The notes under the pieces: generated by a model
The model's database searches: none
Seen by the model: the letters and a program-made list of their open reading frames with translations, nothing else
Told to the model about the DNA's origin: nothing
NCBI GenBank assembly: GCA_026387335.1
Contig: JAPLLX010000003.1
Coordinates: 138,230 to 202,229 of the forward strand
DNA from: Candidatus Omnitrophota bacterium
GTDB taxonomy: Bacteria > Omnitrophota > Gorgyraeia > Gygaellales > Profunditerraquicolaceae
Direction: 5' to 3'
DNA length: 64,000 nucleotides
In this document: one piece after another, positions 28,429 to 39,007 of the stretch
How the letters are laid out: every line of letters begins with the position of its first letter
Position numbering within the stretch: position 1 is the first letter of the stretch
Position numbers and translations under genes: made by a program

Positions 28429-30861
28429 TTAAATTCTCTTCAGAAAAGTATCGGCCAGGCTCTTAATAATATCGGTTACCGCCGCCTGAAATCTATATTT
28501 CGGCTCCTTAAGCGTTCCGCTGATTTTAATCTCCGCGAACTTCCCGGACTGGCCGATTATGGCGGTAGCCACATCTTTAAATGTCCCGGTTAGAGGGACA
28601 AATTCATCAAGGATATTAACATTCAGCTTAGCCAATATGGAACCATCAAACCCTATTTTCACCGGGCCGGACAGATTCACCATGTTGCTTTTTAATTCCA
28701 GTTTATCGCTAAATATAGATTTATCCTGTATATTGAACGCGCAGGAACCTTCGTTAAATGTAACATTGGCTAAATCCTGCGAAAATAATAATTTACCCAT
28801 TCCTTTAAACAAATCCAATTCCCAGAGCTTGCCTTTAGTGATAGCTATCGTTCCGGACCCTTGAGAACCGGCGAGGTCTCCTAAGAGCCCGCTGGCCTTA
28901 ACCTCTCCCTGGATGATCCCGGAGATGTCCTTGGCCTTGGCCGGAGTATCCAGCTTGAGCTCTTCAATCCGGACATCCTGAATATTGGCGTTAAGCAAAT
29001 AAGGATAATTGCCGGATTTTAAATTTGTCCTGAAAAAAGCGTTCAATGACCCGCTGTATAAAGAGAGGCGCAGAGATGAAATACTGGCTATACCTGCCTC
29101 CTGAATGTAATTTATAAACAGGTTTTGGCCTTTTAAGCCATACAGAGAAACAGCGTCTGCGGCAACCTCGACATTAATGGCGCAACCCGCCAAATCATTA
29201 GCCTGGCCGGTTAAATTAAATTTAGCGTTAAGCTTCCCCTCAGGATTAGCCTTATCCAACTGCTCCCTGAACTTACGCAAAGGAACTTTTAAATCCTTTA
29301 AATCAATAAGCAGCTCTCCTGCCAGGTCAACTTGCGGACCGGAATCATCCGCGCTATCAATATTACCGGAAACTTGAAACTCTGAATTTAAATAACTTCC
29401 CGAACACTGAAGAACTTTGAGTAATTTATTATTAAAATTTAGGTCAGAGGCGAGCGAAATTTCGCTGGATTTTAAGTCAACGCCAAGAAGTAAAGCCGGA
29501 CTGAGTTTGTCTTTTGAAAACGACACCTTTCCGTTAATCCCTTGTATTGGATAATTTATATTCTTTAAATTCAGCCCCGCGTCAATAAATTCAATATAAC
29601 CGCTTGTCTCTAAATCACCTGCTGCGGAAAGCCTGCCCTTAGCCGCAAAATACAAATTCCCTTTTCCGTCAATAGTCCCGGGGAAATCAAATTTAAATTT
29701 ATCTTTTAAGAGCCCCTGTAAAGAAGCCAGGTTTAAGCCGGAAACAACATTTACATCTACATAAGGATCGCTAAAATTATCCAAGGTAGCCTGGCCTTTA
29801 AATGGCAGGCCCAGAACAACGGCAGACAGATCCTGCGTTTTTAGCCCGGAGTTGTTAAAAGTTACTGTCGCATTAACAGCGCTGATCTTATCAATAAATT
29901 CCACTCCGGAAATTTCTGTGCCCTTGATCTGGCAGCTCCCGGAATATTTCAGGGTTTTAGCGCCCAGGTCATACTCCAAAACAGCCCTTAATTCCGGGCT
30001 GGTTTTAATGCCGATATTATTTAGCCGGATATTTAAATCATTCCCTTGCGCCTGTAAGTCGGCAGAAAGCAGGTTCTCCTTAACTCTTAAATCAACCAGC
30101 GCGTTTATGAGCCCTGTAGGAATTTTTAACCCTGAGCCCTGATAATAAACGGATAATTCATCAGGAGAGAAATTCAGGATATTTAATTTAGCGCTTAATT
30201 CCCGCTGCGGGATTTTAAATTCCCCGGAAGCCCGGATTTTTATTGGCTGGACAGCCGGGACAATAGCGGAAAGATTGAATTTTACCGCTGCCGGCAATGA
30301 TAAATAAGCCGTCAAATTCAGATTCTTTACGTTTTTAATAAAAGGCTTATCTAATGTAGAATCCCGGAAAATAATTTCACTATTGGATAGGTTCACCCGG
30401 TAAACATAAAAGCTGAATCCTTTTGACGGATGCGCCGGAGCTTTAGGCGAAGCTGTACTTACAGAGGAAGTTGCGGGAGGGGTTTGGGGAGAAAACAGGC
30501 TGGCTAAATTAAAGGTATTGTCCTTTCGCCTCTCAAGAAATACTCGCGCGGATTTAATGCTTATATTGGGGATAATGATCTGCTTACGCAGGAACGCGAA
30601 AGGTAAAACAATACAGGAAGCTTCTTTTACCTCTATCAACGGGTTTTCTTCCTGATAAATATTCAGGTCGGTCAAAACCAGCCCTTTAAATATATTTACC
30701 TTGATAGCCCCTAGAGTGGCCCTTGAGCCGGTGTTTTCTTCAATACCCTTAATAATCAGAGAATGGATTGTTTTAGGCAGATATACATTATTTAAATAAA
30801 CTATGGCTAGGGTGAATAAAACAACTAAAACAATCAGGCTTATAATTATGATCTTCTTCAT
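28429..30861 (-). CDS. AsmA-like/DUF748 envelope lipid-bridge protein
   Basis: N-terminal TM helix, long repetitive beta-rich body, AsmA-type C-terminus (IKISGTLKEPKY). Confidence 0.7.
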   Translation of the reverse strand: MKKIIIISLIVLVVLFTLAIVYLNNVYLPKTIHSLIIKGIEENTGSRATLGAIKVNIFKGLVLTDLNIYQEENPLIEVKEASCIVLPFAFLRKQIIIPNISIKSARVFLERRKDNTFNLASLFSPQTPPATSSVSTASPKAPAHPSKGFSFYVYRVNLSNSEIIFRDSTLDKPFIKNVKNLNLTAYLSLPAAVKFNLSAIVPAVQPIKIRASGEFKIPQRELSAKLNILNFSPDELSVYYQGSGLKIPTGLINALVDLRVKENLLSADLQAQGNDLNIRLNNIGIKTSPELRAVLEYDLGAKTLKYSGSCQIKGTEISGVEFIDKISAVNATVTFNNSGLKTQDLSAVVLGLPFKGQATLDNFSDPYVDVNVVSGLNLASLQGLLKDKFKFDFPGTIDGKGNLYFAAKGRLSAAGDLETSGYIEFIDAGLNLKNINYPIQGINGKVSFSKDKLSPALLLGVDLKSSEISLASDLNFNNKLLKVLQCSGSYLNSEFQVSGNIDSADDSGPQVDLAGELLIDLKDLKVPLRKFREQLDKANPEGKLNAKFNLTGQANDLAGCAINVEVAADAVSLYGLKGQNLFINYIQEAGIASISSLRLSLYSGSLNAFFRTNLKSGNYPYLLNANIQDVRIEELKLDTPAKAKDISGIIQGEVKASGLLGDLAGSQGSGTIAITKGKLWELDLFKGMGKLLFSQDLANVTFNEGSCAFNIQDKSIFSDKLELKSNMVNLSGPVKIGFDGSILAKLNVNILDEFVPLTGTFKDVATAIIGQSGKFAEIKISGTLKEPKYRFQAAVTDIIKSLADTFLKRI

Positions 30862-32303
30862 CTGGCCTTACTTTTTATAAACTTAGACGCCGCCTTAAGG
30901 GCCTCTTCCTTGCTTTTTATTTTACCGATCGCCTGCAACTCTTCCAGTTCGGATAAGATCTTACCGATTAACTTGGAAGGGCTCAATTTAAATTTCCTCA
31001 TTATATCATTACCGTTAACCAACCGCTTCTTTTTCTTTTCCTTGCCCTTCTTTAAATATTCTTTGATTAAAAGCCCGACCACCCGCTCATGCTGCTTACG
31101 GGCATTATTAGTAGTCAAGGGCCCTTTAGTCGCTCTCTGGTCAGCTAACGATAATAATAATACGGATAATGCCTCGAGCCCCGCGTCCCGAAAATAGCGG
31201 AATTTCGCCCGCTCAGTCGGATGCTCGCTATCCGCCAGATATCCCGGCCTAAGGTGCCAAAGGACCATTTTATGCAAAGAATGCAGCTCTTCGTTAGAAA
31301 GTTTCAGCCTTTTTCCGATTTGCGCGCTTAAAAACAAACCTTCTCTTTCATGGCCATGAAAAGTGGTCCGGCCTTTTTCCCGGCGCATAGTCGCGGGCTT
31401 TCCGATATCATGCAGGAATAGACCCAATCTTAATAACTGCCGGCGGCTTCTTTGAGCGGAAATAATTTCATCCAGATACTCCTGGATTTCTTTTTCCTTT
31501 ATATCTTTTAACAAATGATCCAACTGCCGGATAGATTCTAAGGTATGCTGCCAGACATCCAGATGATGATACGGGCCCTGGCCGATGCCGCGCATCTTTT
31601 TTATTTCCGGGAAAATAATCTCTAAAATTTTTAATTCATCCAAGACCTGAAAACAGGCGAATGTTTTTTCTGTATCAAAAATTTTAAACAACTCATCGCG
31701 TATACGCTCAAACGAAACAACCGCTAATTTTTTCTTCTCTTTTTTGGCTAGGGCTAACGTTTCTTTATCAATTTCAAAACCCAATATGCAAGCAAAGCTA
31801 AAGGCGCGTAAAATACGCAAAGGGTCTTCGCTAAAAGATTGCTTATTCACTATCCGGATAAACTTTTTCTTTAAATCCTCCCTGGCACCGTAAGGATCAA
31901 CCAAAAATCCACTCAGATCTTTTGGGTCAAAGGCATCATCCAGATTTAAGGCCATTGAATTTATGGTAAAATCGCGATGTTTTAAATCTTCCTGCAGGTC
32001 TTTACCGCGAAAATCCGAAAAATCAAAGGTATAAATCTGGCTGCCTGTCTTTTTTACTACGCGGCAGGCGCCATGCTCTTTATCCAAAACCACAAAACCC
32101 GCTCGCATCTTCTGGGCCAGGCTCCTGCCAAAACTTATTGAGCGCGATTTAATGGCAAAATCAAAATCCGGATTTGCTTTTTCTCTTTCCAAAATAAGGT
32201 CGCGCAGCGCTCCCCCCACCAAATACAGCTTCACCCGCCTGCATTTGGCGAAGCTATGAACTTCTTTAAGAATATTTTTATCTTTTAATGTAAATCTAAG
32301 CAT
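30858..32303 (-). CDS. cca: tRNA nucleotidyltransferase (CCA-adding/poly(A) polymerase family) with HD domain
   Basis: LVGGALRD, DFDF, DLKHRDFTINSMA, EDPLRILR, ERIRDE, HHLDVWQH, LHDIGKP. Confidence 0.85.
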   Translation of the reverse strand: MLRFTLKDKNILKEVHSFAKCRRVKLYLVGGALRDLILEREKANPDFDFAIKSRSISFGRSLAQKMRAGFVVLDKEHGACRVVKKTGSQIYTFDFSDFRGKDLQEDLKHRDFTINSMALNLDDAFDPKDLSGFLVDPYGAREDLKKKFIRIVNKQSFSEDPLRILRAFSFACILGFEIDKETLALAKKEKKKLAVVSFERIRDELFKIFDTEKTFACFQVLDELKILEIIFPEIKKMRGIGQGPYHHLDVWQHTLESIRQLDHLLKDIKEKEIQEYLDEIISAQRSRRQLLRLGLFLHDIGKPATMRREKGRTTFHGHEREGLFLSAQIGKRLKLSNEELHSLHKMVLWHLRPGYLADSEHPTERAKFRYFRDAGLEALSVLLLSLADQRATKGPLTTNNARKQHERVVGLLIKEYLKKGKEKKKKRLVNGNDIMRKFKLSPSKLIGKILSELEELQAIGKIKSKEEALKAASKFIKSKAR

Positions 32304-32321
32304 AATATTTATTATCTTATA

Positions 32322-32509
32322 GATATTTTGCTTGAGGGTATTGTTAAGCGTGCAATTAGAAATTTTTCGGCAATTGTGTGCAAGGCTTTACGGCGAGTGT
32401 AGACAATACCCTTAAAGCGTGAGGAACCTTGCGCTGCCGGAGCGAGCCGTAAACCGTAGCACACGGCGAAAAATTTCGCACGCGGACAATACCCGAAAAG
32501 CAAAATATC
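32322..32509. repeat. About 190-bp long imperfect palindrome (MITE-like or structured element)
   Basis: Outer arms GATATTTTGCTTGAGGGTATTGTTAAGCGTGC and GCACGCGGACAATACCCGAAAAGCAAAATATC; nested arms GAAATTTTTCG/CGAAAAATTTC, GTGTGC/GCACAC and TTTACGGC/GCCGTAAA. Confidence 0.8.
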
Positions 32510-32512
32510 ATA

Positions 32513-32923
32513 TTATTTATCTTGATTGAATGTCGCTGACTGCTTGATGATCTCATCAGCGACAAATATAGGCGCGTGCGCCCTTACTGCCAGCGCTACG
32601 CTATCAGACGGCCGGGCATCAATGATCTTTTCAACTCCGGATGCGGTCTTTAAGACTACTTTAGCGTGAAAGGTATTCTCTTCCAGTTTATCAATGATGA
32701 TCCTTTCAATGGTCGCGTCCAGATAACCTATTGTGTTATGCAATAAATCGTGAGTCAGGGGGCGCGGAGGCTGGAACCCGCTTAATTTTAACTTTATCGC
32801 CGAGGCCTCGGCCAAACCTATAACAATGGGTAAGACCCGCTCTCCGTTTTTTTCCCTTAAAACAATAAGCTGGTCATGCCTCTTTTCATCAATGACAATT
32901 TTATTTAATTCCATCTCGATCAT
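32513..32923 (-). CDS. Bifunctional nuclease family protein (DUF151)
   Basis: LPIVIG..EA, RPLTHDL, IDARPSDSVALA. Confidence 0.9.
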   Translation of the reverse strand: MIEMELNKIVIDEKRHDQLIVLREKNGERVLPIVIGLAEASAIKLKLSGFQPPRPLTHDLLHNTIGYLDATIERIIIDKLEENTFHAKVVLKTASGVEKIIDARPSDSVALAVRAHAPIFVADEIIKQSATFNQDK

Positions 32924-32936
32924 AATAATCCCTTTT

Positions 32937-33428
32937 TTATTTAAGCTTCTTGCCCGGTTTAACTAAACGGGGTTTTTCTTTCCCTAAAATATCCCGCAAT
33001 TCCAGCATAAACTGTCCCACATCCTTGAATTGCCGGTAAACCGAGGCAAAGCGCACGTAAGCGACATCATCTAAAAGTTTTAATTTCTCCATCACCAGCT
33101 CGCCTATACGGCTGGATAAAACTTCCCGGTCAGATTTCTTCTGGATCGAACGCTCAACCCAAGTTATAATTTCTTCCATCTTTTCCATGCTCACCGGCCT
33201 TTTTTCGCAGGCGCGGATGATCCCGGCGAGGATTTTTTTGCGGTCAAATGGCTCCCGGCGGCCGTCTTTTTTTATCACCATAAGCGAAACTTCTTCAATG
33301 TATTCATAGGTAGTAAAACGTTTGCCGCATTTAAGGCACTCTCTGCGCCGCCTGACCGCGGATTCTTCCGCCGTAGAGCGCGAATCAACTACTTTATCTT
33401 CTTTATATCCGCAAAACGGGCATTTCAT
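32937..33428 (-). CDS. nrdR: Transcriptional repressor NrdR
   Basis: MKCPFC...VVDSR...[20 protein letters not shown] cone, [10 protein letters not shown]. Confidence 0.97.
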   Translation of the reverse strand: MKCPFCGYKEDKVVDSRSTAEESAVRRRRECLKCGKRFTTYEYIEEVSLMVIKKDGRREPFDRKKILAGIIRACEKRPVSMEKMEEIITWVERSIQKKSDREVLSSRIGELVMEKLKLLDDVAYVRFASVYRQFKDVGQFMLELRDILGKEKPRLVKPGKKLK

Positions 33429-33889
33429 TTTATTTTTTTTATTTTTATTTTTGCTTCTTTCAGGAAATCCAGCGCCATCTTATCAGGGTAGCCCTCGGCA
33501 ATGACAATTTCTTTGATCCCGGCATTAATAATCATTTTAACGCATATGATGCAGGGCTGGCAGGTCGCGTACATCGTACTCCCCTTAACGCTTATTCCGT
33601 ATAAAGAAGCCTGGATTAACGCGTTTTGCTCCGCGTGTAACGCCCGGCAGAGCTCATGTCGCTCTCCCGAAGGAATTTTTAATTTCTGGCGCATACAACC
33701 TACATCCGCGCAATGTTTTAATCCCGAAGGCGCGCCGTTATAACCCGTGGCCAGAATCCTCTTATCTTTTACCAGGACCGCACCTACTGAGCGGCGCAAA
33801 CACGTTGCCCGCTTGGCCACAAGTTTAGCCACATCTAAAAAATACTCATCCCAGGTTGGGCGCTTATGGGTACTAATCTTTTTGCTCAT
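33425..33889 (-). CDS. dCMP deaminase / ComEB family
   Basis: [26 protein letters not shown]. Confidence 0.9.
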   Translation of the reverse strand: MSKKISTHKRPTWDEYFLDVAKLVAKRATCLRRSVGAVLVKDKRILATGYNGAPSGLKHCADVGCMRQKLKIPSGERHELCRALHAEQNALIQASLYGISVKGSTMYATCQPCIICVKMIINAGIKEIVIAEGYPDKMALDFLKEAKIKIKKIK

Positions 33890-35139
33890 TTTATTTTAGT
33901 TAGCTCCGGGTATAATGGAAATCTCTTAGTTAAATTTAGAACCTCTTGCCTGATGGCTTGGATAACCTTAGGATCGTCGCTCGCCTCGATCGCGTCATTT
34001 ATAAATTGGCTGATCTTACGCATATGAAATTCTTTTAAACCGCGGGTGGTTACCGCGGGAGTCCCGATGCGTATACCGCTAGTAACCCCTGCTCCCTTTT
34101 TATCAAAAGGTATAAGATTTTTATTGACCGTTATATTGACCTGCCCCAGGATATTGGAGGCATCTTTTCCGGTGACTCCTTTTTCATTTAAATCCGCCAA
34201 TAATAGGTGCGTATCTGTGCCTGCGGAAACTATGCGGAATCCTTTTTGAGCTAAATCCTTAGCCAGCTCTTTGCAATTTTTGACCACCTGCCTCTGATAT
34301 CTTTTAAATTTGGGGCTCATTGCTTCCTTAAAGGCCACGGCTTTAGCCGCAATCACATGCATCAGCGGGCCGCCCTGGATTCCGGGAAAAATCTGGGCAT
34401 CAATTTTTTTGCCGAACTCTTTGCGGCAAAGAATAAATCCGCCGCGGGGGCCGCGCAGGGTTTTATGTGTCGTAGAGCTAACGAATTCCGCGTAAGGCAC
34501 AGGCGAGGTATGGACGCCGGCAGCGACCAGCCCGGCAATATGGGCCATATCCACGAATAAATACGCGCCGACCTTATCACAAATTTTTCTAAAAGCCTTA
34601 AAATCTAATTTTCTTGGGTAAGCTGAAGCTCCGGCAAGGATCATCTTGGGCTTATGTTTTTTGGCTAAATTCATAATCACATCGTAATCCAGCATTTCGG
34701 TTTTACGGTCCACGCCATAACCGACCATCTTAAAAAACCTGCCGGAAAAATTATGCGGATGGCCATGGGTCAGATGTCCGCCGGCAGCCAGATCCATCGC
34801 TAAAACCGTATCCCCGGGCTCTAATGCCGCAAAATAAATCGCCATATTCGCCTGTGAACCCGAATGCGCCTGCACATTGGCGTATTCAGCGCCGAATATT
34901 TTTTTGGCCCGCTCAATCGCCAGGCGTTCTACCGCATCCATATTCTCGCATCCGCCATACCAGCGATGCTCGGGGTAACCTTCGGCATATTTATTGGTCA
35001 GGACCGACCCCTGGGCCTCAAGCACAGCCAATGAGGTAAAATTCTCCGAGGCAATCAGCTCTAAATTCTCTTCCTGCCTTTTGATCTCTTCTTTAATACA
35101 CGCGTAAATTTCCGGATCCACTGCTTTCAAGTGTTTCAC
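33886..35139 (-). CDS. glyA: Serine hydroxymethyltransferase
   Basis: [35 protein letters not shown]. Confidence 0.98.
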   Translation of the reverse strand: MKHLKAVDPEIYACIKEEIKRQEENLELIASENFTSLAVLEAQGSVLTNKYAEGYPEHRWYGGCENMDAVERLAIERAKKIFGAEYANVQAHSGSQANMAIYFAALEPGDTVLAMDLAAGGHLTHGHPHNFSGRFFKMVGYGVDRKTEMLDYDVIMNLAKKHKPKMILAGASAYPRKLDFKAFRKICDKVGAYLFVDMAHIAGLVAAGVHTSPVPYAEFVSSTTHKTLRGPRGGFILCRKEFGKKIDAQIFPGIQGGPLMHVIAAKAVAFKEAMSPKFKRYQRQVVKNCKELAKDLAQKGFRIVSAGTDTHLLLADLNEKGVTGKDASNILGQVNITVNKNLIPFDKKGAGVTSGIRIGTPAVTTRGLKEFHMRKISQFINDAIEASDDPKVIQAIRQEVLNLTKRFPLYPELTKIK

Positions 35140-35594
35140 TTTCTGCTCCTTATCTTTTTCTCGATTTCTTTTAGCTGATTAAGCCTGCGCTTATGCCGGC
35201 CGCCTTGAAATTTTGTATTTAGCCAAACGTCGACTATTTTCTTGGCCAATCCGGGTTTGACGAATAACGCGCCAAAAACCAGGATATTACTATCATTGTG
35301 TTCGCGGGATAACCGCGCTACTTTTACATTAGCGCATAACGCCGCGCGCGCTCCGGGGACGCGGTTAGCGACCATAGAATTACCTATGCCGCTTTTACAG
35401 ATTAAAATCCCTCTTTTAAATTTGCCCTCTCCGATTTTACTGGCCAGGTTATAGGCAAACTCCGGGTAATCGCATCTTTTTTCGCTAAAAGCCCCCAGGT
35501 CCTTGACTACCAACCCTTTATTTTTTAGATACGGTTTTAAGCTCTCTTTTAAAGCAAATCCGCCGTGATCGCAAGCTATAAGAATAGTTTTCAT
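35136..35594 (-). CDS. rpiB: Ribose-5-phosphate isomerase B
   Basis: DHGG, DYP, CKSGIG, REHNDSN, FQGGRH. Confidence 0.93.
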   Translation of the reverse strand: MKTILIACDHGGFALKESLKPYLKNKGLVVKDLGAFSEKRCDYPEFAYNLASKIGEGKFKRGILICKSGIGNSMVANRVPGARAALCANVKVARLSREHNDSNILVFGALFVKPGLAKKIVDVWLNTKFQGGRHKRRLNQLKEIEKKIRSRK

Positions 35595-36652
35595 ATAAGT
35601 TTACTCACCCTTTCCAAAGCCTCTTTTATGGAAATAAATATCTGTTCGTAATTATCCTGGGGCCTACCCACCGGGTCGGAAATATCCAGATTATTTTCAT
35701 CTATTTTAGCAAATTCTTTTAACAAAAACACCCTATTTTTTACATCGGGAGCCAACTTTATTATAGCGCCTTCATGCATCTTCTCCATAACCAGGATAAG
35801 GTCTGAACTCCTGACCAACTCTTTAGTTACTTCCTGCGAAATATGCCCGGACACATCTATTCCTTCCCTGGCTAAAACCTCCCGCGCGCCCATAGACGGG
35901 CCTATCCCGGAAAGCGTCGTTACTCCGGCTGAAAACACCTCCACATCCTCCCTGTGTTGCTCCCGCAGCATTTTCTTAAAGAGGGCTTCAGCGATTACCG
36001 AACGGCAGGTATTACCGGTGCAGACAAAAAGAATGTTTTTCTTCTGGATAACCTTAGTTATATCATCCTGGCTTATCGCGCCTATTCTTAAAACCTGCGG
36101 CGGCTCAACCGTAAAATCAACAATGGAAGATTCCAGCCCCAGTTTTACCGGCCCGGCGTCAATGGCCAGCTCGACCAGACCTCCTAAATCCCGGATCGCT
36201 TCTGCAAAATTCAGCGGCGCGGCTTTTCCGGAAAGGTTTGCCGACGGAAGCGCTAGCGGATAACCTACTGCGGCGATAACCTTGAGGGCAATCGCGTTAT
36301 CCGGCATACGCAGGCCCACGCTAGACTGGTTAATCCCTTTTAAGATTAAAGTCAGCGGCCCCGGCCAAAATTTATGCATCAGTTTATAAGCAGCCGGCGG
36401 GATATCTTGAGCCAGCTCTTCTACCCTCTCTTTTTTTTCAATAGCTATTGAGAAAGGCTTACTTCTAGGCCGTTTCTTGATTTCAAATAATCTATCTAAC
36501 GCCTTATTGTCCAACATACTCGCGGCTAAGCCATAGACTGTCTCGGTGGGAATTATGACTAAACCGCCGGACTTTAAAACATCGGCAGCCTCGCGGATAT
36601 ATTCTTCCTGAATCTTTAAAGGGTCAATTTTGATTATTTTGGCAGGACTCAT
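35591..36652 (-). CDS. TsaC/Sua5 threonylcarbamoyl-AMP synthase fused to an LMW protein phosphatase (YwlE-like)
   Basis: PTETVYGL, WPGPLT, SANLSG, followed by ILFVCTGNTCRS and DISDP. Confidence 0.9.
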   Translation of the reverse strand: MSPAKIIKIDPLKIQEEYIREAADVLKSGGLVIIPTETVYGLAASMLDNKALDRLFEIKKRPRSKPFSIAIEKKERVEELAQDIPPAAYKLMHKFWPGPLTLILKGINQSSVGLRMPDNAIALKVIAAVGYPLALPSANLSGKAAPLNFAEAIRDLGGLVELAIDAGPVKLGLESSIVDFTVEPPQVLRIGAISQDDITKVIQKKNILFVCTGNTCRSVIAEALFKKMLREQHREDVEVFSAGVTTLSGIGPSMGAREVLAREGIDVSGHISQEVTKELVRSSDLILVMEKMHEGAIIKLAPDVKNRVFLLKEFAKIDENNLDISDPVGRPQDNYEQIFISIKEALERVSKLI

Positions 36653-37131
36653 AATTTAATTTTTGTCTTGGTTACTTTAAGCCGCATATCTTTTCTATGC
36701 TTGGCTAATTTTACGGCTATTTTCTTATCGCTAATAGCTAAAATTTCTAAAGCGAATATCCCTGCGTTCCTGGCTCCGGATTTGCCTATAGCCATAGTCG
36801 CGACCGGAACTCCCGTAGGCATCTGCACTGTGGAAAGCAAAGAATCCAGTCCTTTTAAGGCTTTTGTCTCTATCGGAATACCGATTACGGGTAAATTTGT
36901 ATTACTGGCGATTACTCCAGCTAAGGCCGCGGCGCCTCCGGCAGCGGCAATAAAAACTTTTATGCCTTTTTTATGAGCCTCTTCCACATAACTGCGCAGA
37001 TTATCCGGCGCCCGGTGCGCGGATAAAACCCTGATATCAAAACCGACTTTAAATTTCTTCAAGACATTGATTGCCTCATTTACTGTCCCTAAATCCGATT
37101 CGCTGCCCATAACTATGCTTATTTTATTCAT
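36649..37131 (-). CDS. purE: N5-CAIR mutase
   Basis: MGSESD, SAHRAP, LDSLLSTVQMP.GVPVAT. Confidence 0.95.
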   Translation of the reverse strand: MNKISIVMGSESDLGTVNEAINVLKKFKVGFDIRVLSAHRAPDNLRSYVEEAHKKGIKVFIAAAGGAAALAGVIASNTNLPVIGIPIETKALKGLDSLLSTVQMPTGVPVATMAIGKSGARNAGIFALEILAISDKKIAVKLAKHRKDMRLKVTKTKIKL

Positions 37132-37145
37132 CTCGCCTCCTTTAT

Positions 37146-38441
37146 CTAGCTAGCTTTTGCTCCTATATCCTTCCTATAATGCATCCCTTCAAAACTAATT
37201 TCCTTAACTGCCGCATAAGTATTATTAATTGCTTCTTTTATAGTTTTACCTAAGCCAGTTACTCCCAGGACCCTTCCGCCGCTAGTTAAATATTCTGTTT
37301 CCTGCTTCTGTCCCACATCATTTACTATCCGAGACTTAGTCCCGGCATGAAAAACTACCACATCTTTCATCTTAGCCACTTCATCCAATCCAAAAATTTC
37401 TTTATTCTTTTCATAATTTCCCGGATATCCGCCGGCGGCAGCTACAACGCAGACGCAGACGCGGCTATCCCATTCCAAATTCCTTACGCGGTTTAATTTC
37501 TGCTCAGTTGTTGCCAACATTATTTCCAGCAGATCCGATTTTAACCTGGGTAAAATCGCCTGGGTTTCCGGGTCGCCGAAACGCACATTAAACTCTAAAG
37601 TCTTTGGACCATCTTTAGTCAACATTATCCCGGCGTATAAGACTCCCCGGTAATCTATACCCTCTTTGACTAAACCGTCAATCGTGCGATAAATAACTTT
37701 ATCCAGGATTTCTTTAAATAATTCTTCTGTGACTATTGGCGCAGGTGAATATACGCCCATACCGCCGGTATTTGGGCCCTGGTCATTATCAAAAACTCTC
37801 TTATGATCCTGGGCTGAGGCTAAGGCAATTACTTCTTTGGAATCGGTGATTACTAAAATAGAGGCTTCCTGGCCCTGAAGGCACTCCTCAATTATAACTT
37901 TGTTGCCGGCAGCGCCAAAAACTTTATCCTGCATTATTGACTCAACCGCTTTTTTGGCTTCATCAACTGTTTTAGCTACCACTACACCTTTACCCGCAGC
38001 TAAACCATCGGCTTTAACTACGCAAGGGCTGCCAATCTTCTCTATATATTTCTTGGCCGCATCGGGATTATCAAAAACTTTAAATTCGGCAGTCGGCACT
38101 TTATATTTAGCCATCAGCTCTTTGGAAAAAACTTTGCTTGCTTCCATACGCGCCGCGGATTTATTCGGGCCGAATATCTTTAATTTATATTTAGCGAATT
38201 CATCAACAATTCCTAATGAAAGCGGGACTTCCGGCCCCACAACCGTTAAATCTATTTTTTCTTTTCTGGCAAAATCCAATAGTCCCGGAATATCATCAGC
38301 CTTAATATTAACGCATTCGGCGATTTGCGCGATTCCGGCATTGCCCGGCGCGCAAAATAACTTATCGCAGAGCTTGGACTGCGCAATCTTCCAGACTAGC
38401 GCATGTTCCCTGCCTCCAGATCCAATCACTAATATTTTCAT
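37146..38441 (-). CDS. purD: Phosphoribosylamine-glycine ligase
   Basis: GSGGREHAL, KADGLAAGKGV, GPNTGGMG, EFNVRFGDPE. Confidence 0.97.
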   Translation of the reverse strand: MKILVIGSGGREHALVWKIAQSKLCDKLFCAPGNAGIAQIAECVNIKADDIPGLLDFARKEKIDLTVVGPEVPLSLGIVDEFAKYKLKIFGPNKSAARMEASKVFSKELMAKYKVPTAEFKVFDNPDAAKKYIEKIGSPCVVKADGLAAGKGVVVAKTVDEAKKAVESIMQDKVFGAAGNKVIIEECLQGQEASILVITDSKEVIALASAQDHKRVFDNDQGPNTGGMGVYSPAPIVTEELFKEILDKVIYRTIDGLVKEGIDYRGVLYAGIMLTKDGPKTLEFNVRFGDPETQAILPRLKSDLLEIMLATTEQKLNRVRNLEWDSRVCVCVVAAAGGYPGNYEKNKEIFGLDEVAKMKDVVVFHAGTKSRIVNDVGQKQETEYLTSGGRVLGVTGLGKTIKEAINNTYAAVKEISFEGMHYRKDIGAKAS

Positions 38442-38449
38442 ATTTAAAA

Positions 38450-38485
38450 GTCATTGCGAGTCCGCCATAGGCGGACGAAGCAATC
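38450..38485 (+). repeat. CGTC-type REP palindrome, copy 1
   Basis: GTCATTGCGAGTCCGCCATAGGCGGACGAAGCAATC, with inner hairpin GTCCGCC-ATA-GGCGGAC. Confidence 0.85.
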
Positions 38486-38491
38486 CCTGAT

Positions 38492-38806
38492 TTAAGCCTT
38501 TATCATTACTAAAAGCATCTTAAAACGCTCTACAGCTTTTAAAGAATGCGTCTTATTCGCCGGCATAATAATTACTTCACCTGCTTTTAGGTTATGCTGC
38601 TTTCCGGCAATAGTAATTTCTGCCTTGCCGTCAAAGATATATACTAACGCGTCAAATGGCGCGGTATGTTCACTCAACCCCTGTCCCTTATCAAAGGCAA
38701 ACAAGGTCACCGTGCCCTTATCTTTCCTGATGACTTCTTTGCTGACAACAGAACCACCCTGATAATCCACCAAACTCACCAAGCTCTTCGCTTCTTCAAT
38801 ATTCAT
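38492..38806 (-). CDS. Cupin domain protein
   Basis: TLFAFDKGQGLSEHTAPFDA...MPANKTHSL. Confidence 0.9.
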   Translation of the reverse strand: MNIEEAKSLVSLVDYQGGSVVSKEVIRKDKGTVTLFAFDKGQGLSEHTAPFDALVYIFDGKAEITIAGKQHNLKAGEVIIMPANKTHSLKAVERFKMLLVMIKA

Positions 38807-38818
38807 ATCTTACCTTAC

Positions 38819-38982
38819 GCGGGGTCTGTCGAGCACACTCTTCGCAGGGACGCGTGATTTTTCCCAGCGTGAAAAATCACGCTCGGCTACTCGACTGCGC
38901 TCTTGCTAGTTCCTTTATAGGTGGCAAACCTTGCCCGCTCCGCCTGCGTTACGCCCTGCTCAAAGTGTGTCTCGCCACCCGC
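38819..38982. repeat. Structured palindromic element A; its 119-bp core is an inverted copy of element B
   Basis: Core 38843-38961 aligns without gaps to the reverse complement of 40452-40570 at 101/119 identity by hand count; it has its own outer stem GCGGG...CCCGC. Confidence 0.88.
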
Positions 38983-39007
38983 TAAAGGACAACTAAGTAT
39001 TATGTCC

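Noticed and set aside
32312-32565. Short ORFs 32312..32503 and 32356..32565
   Set aside because: They run through the palindromic element, have no recognisable motifs, and are best explained as chance frames.
37290-37345. Extra residues in the PurD C-terminal loop (KSRIVNDVGQKQETEY) with GGGAC-like words
   Set aside because: This might be a decayed repeat insertion, but no convincing palindrome remains.
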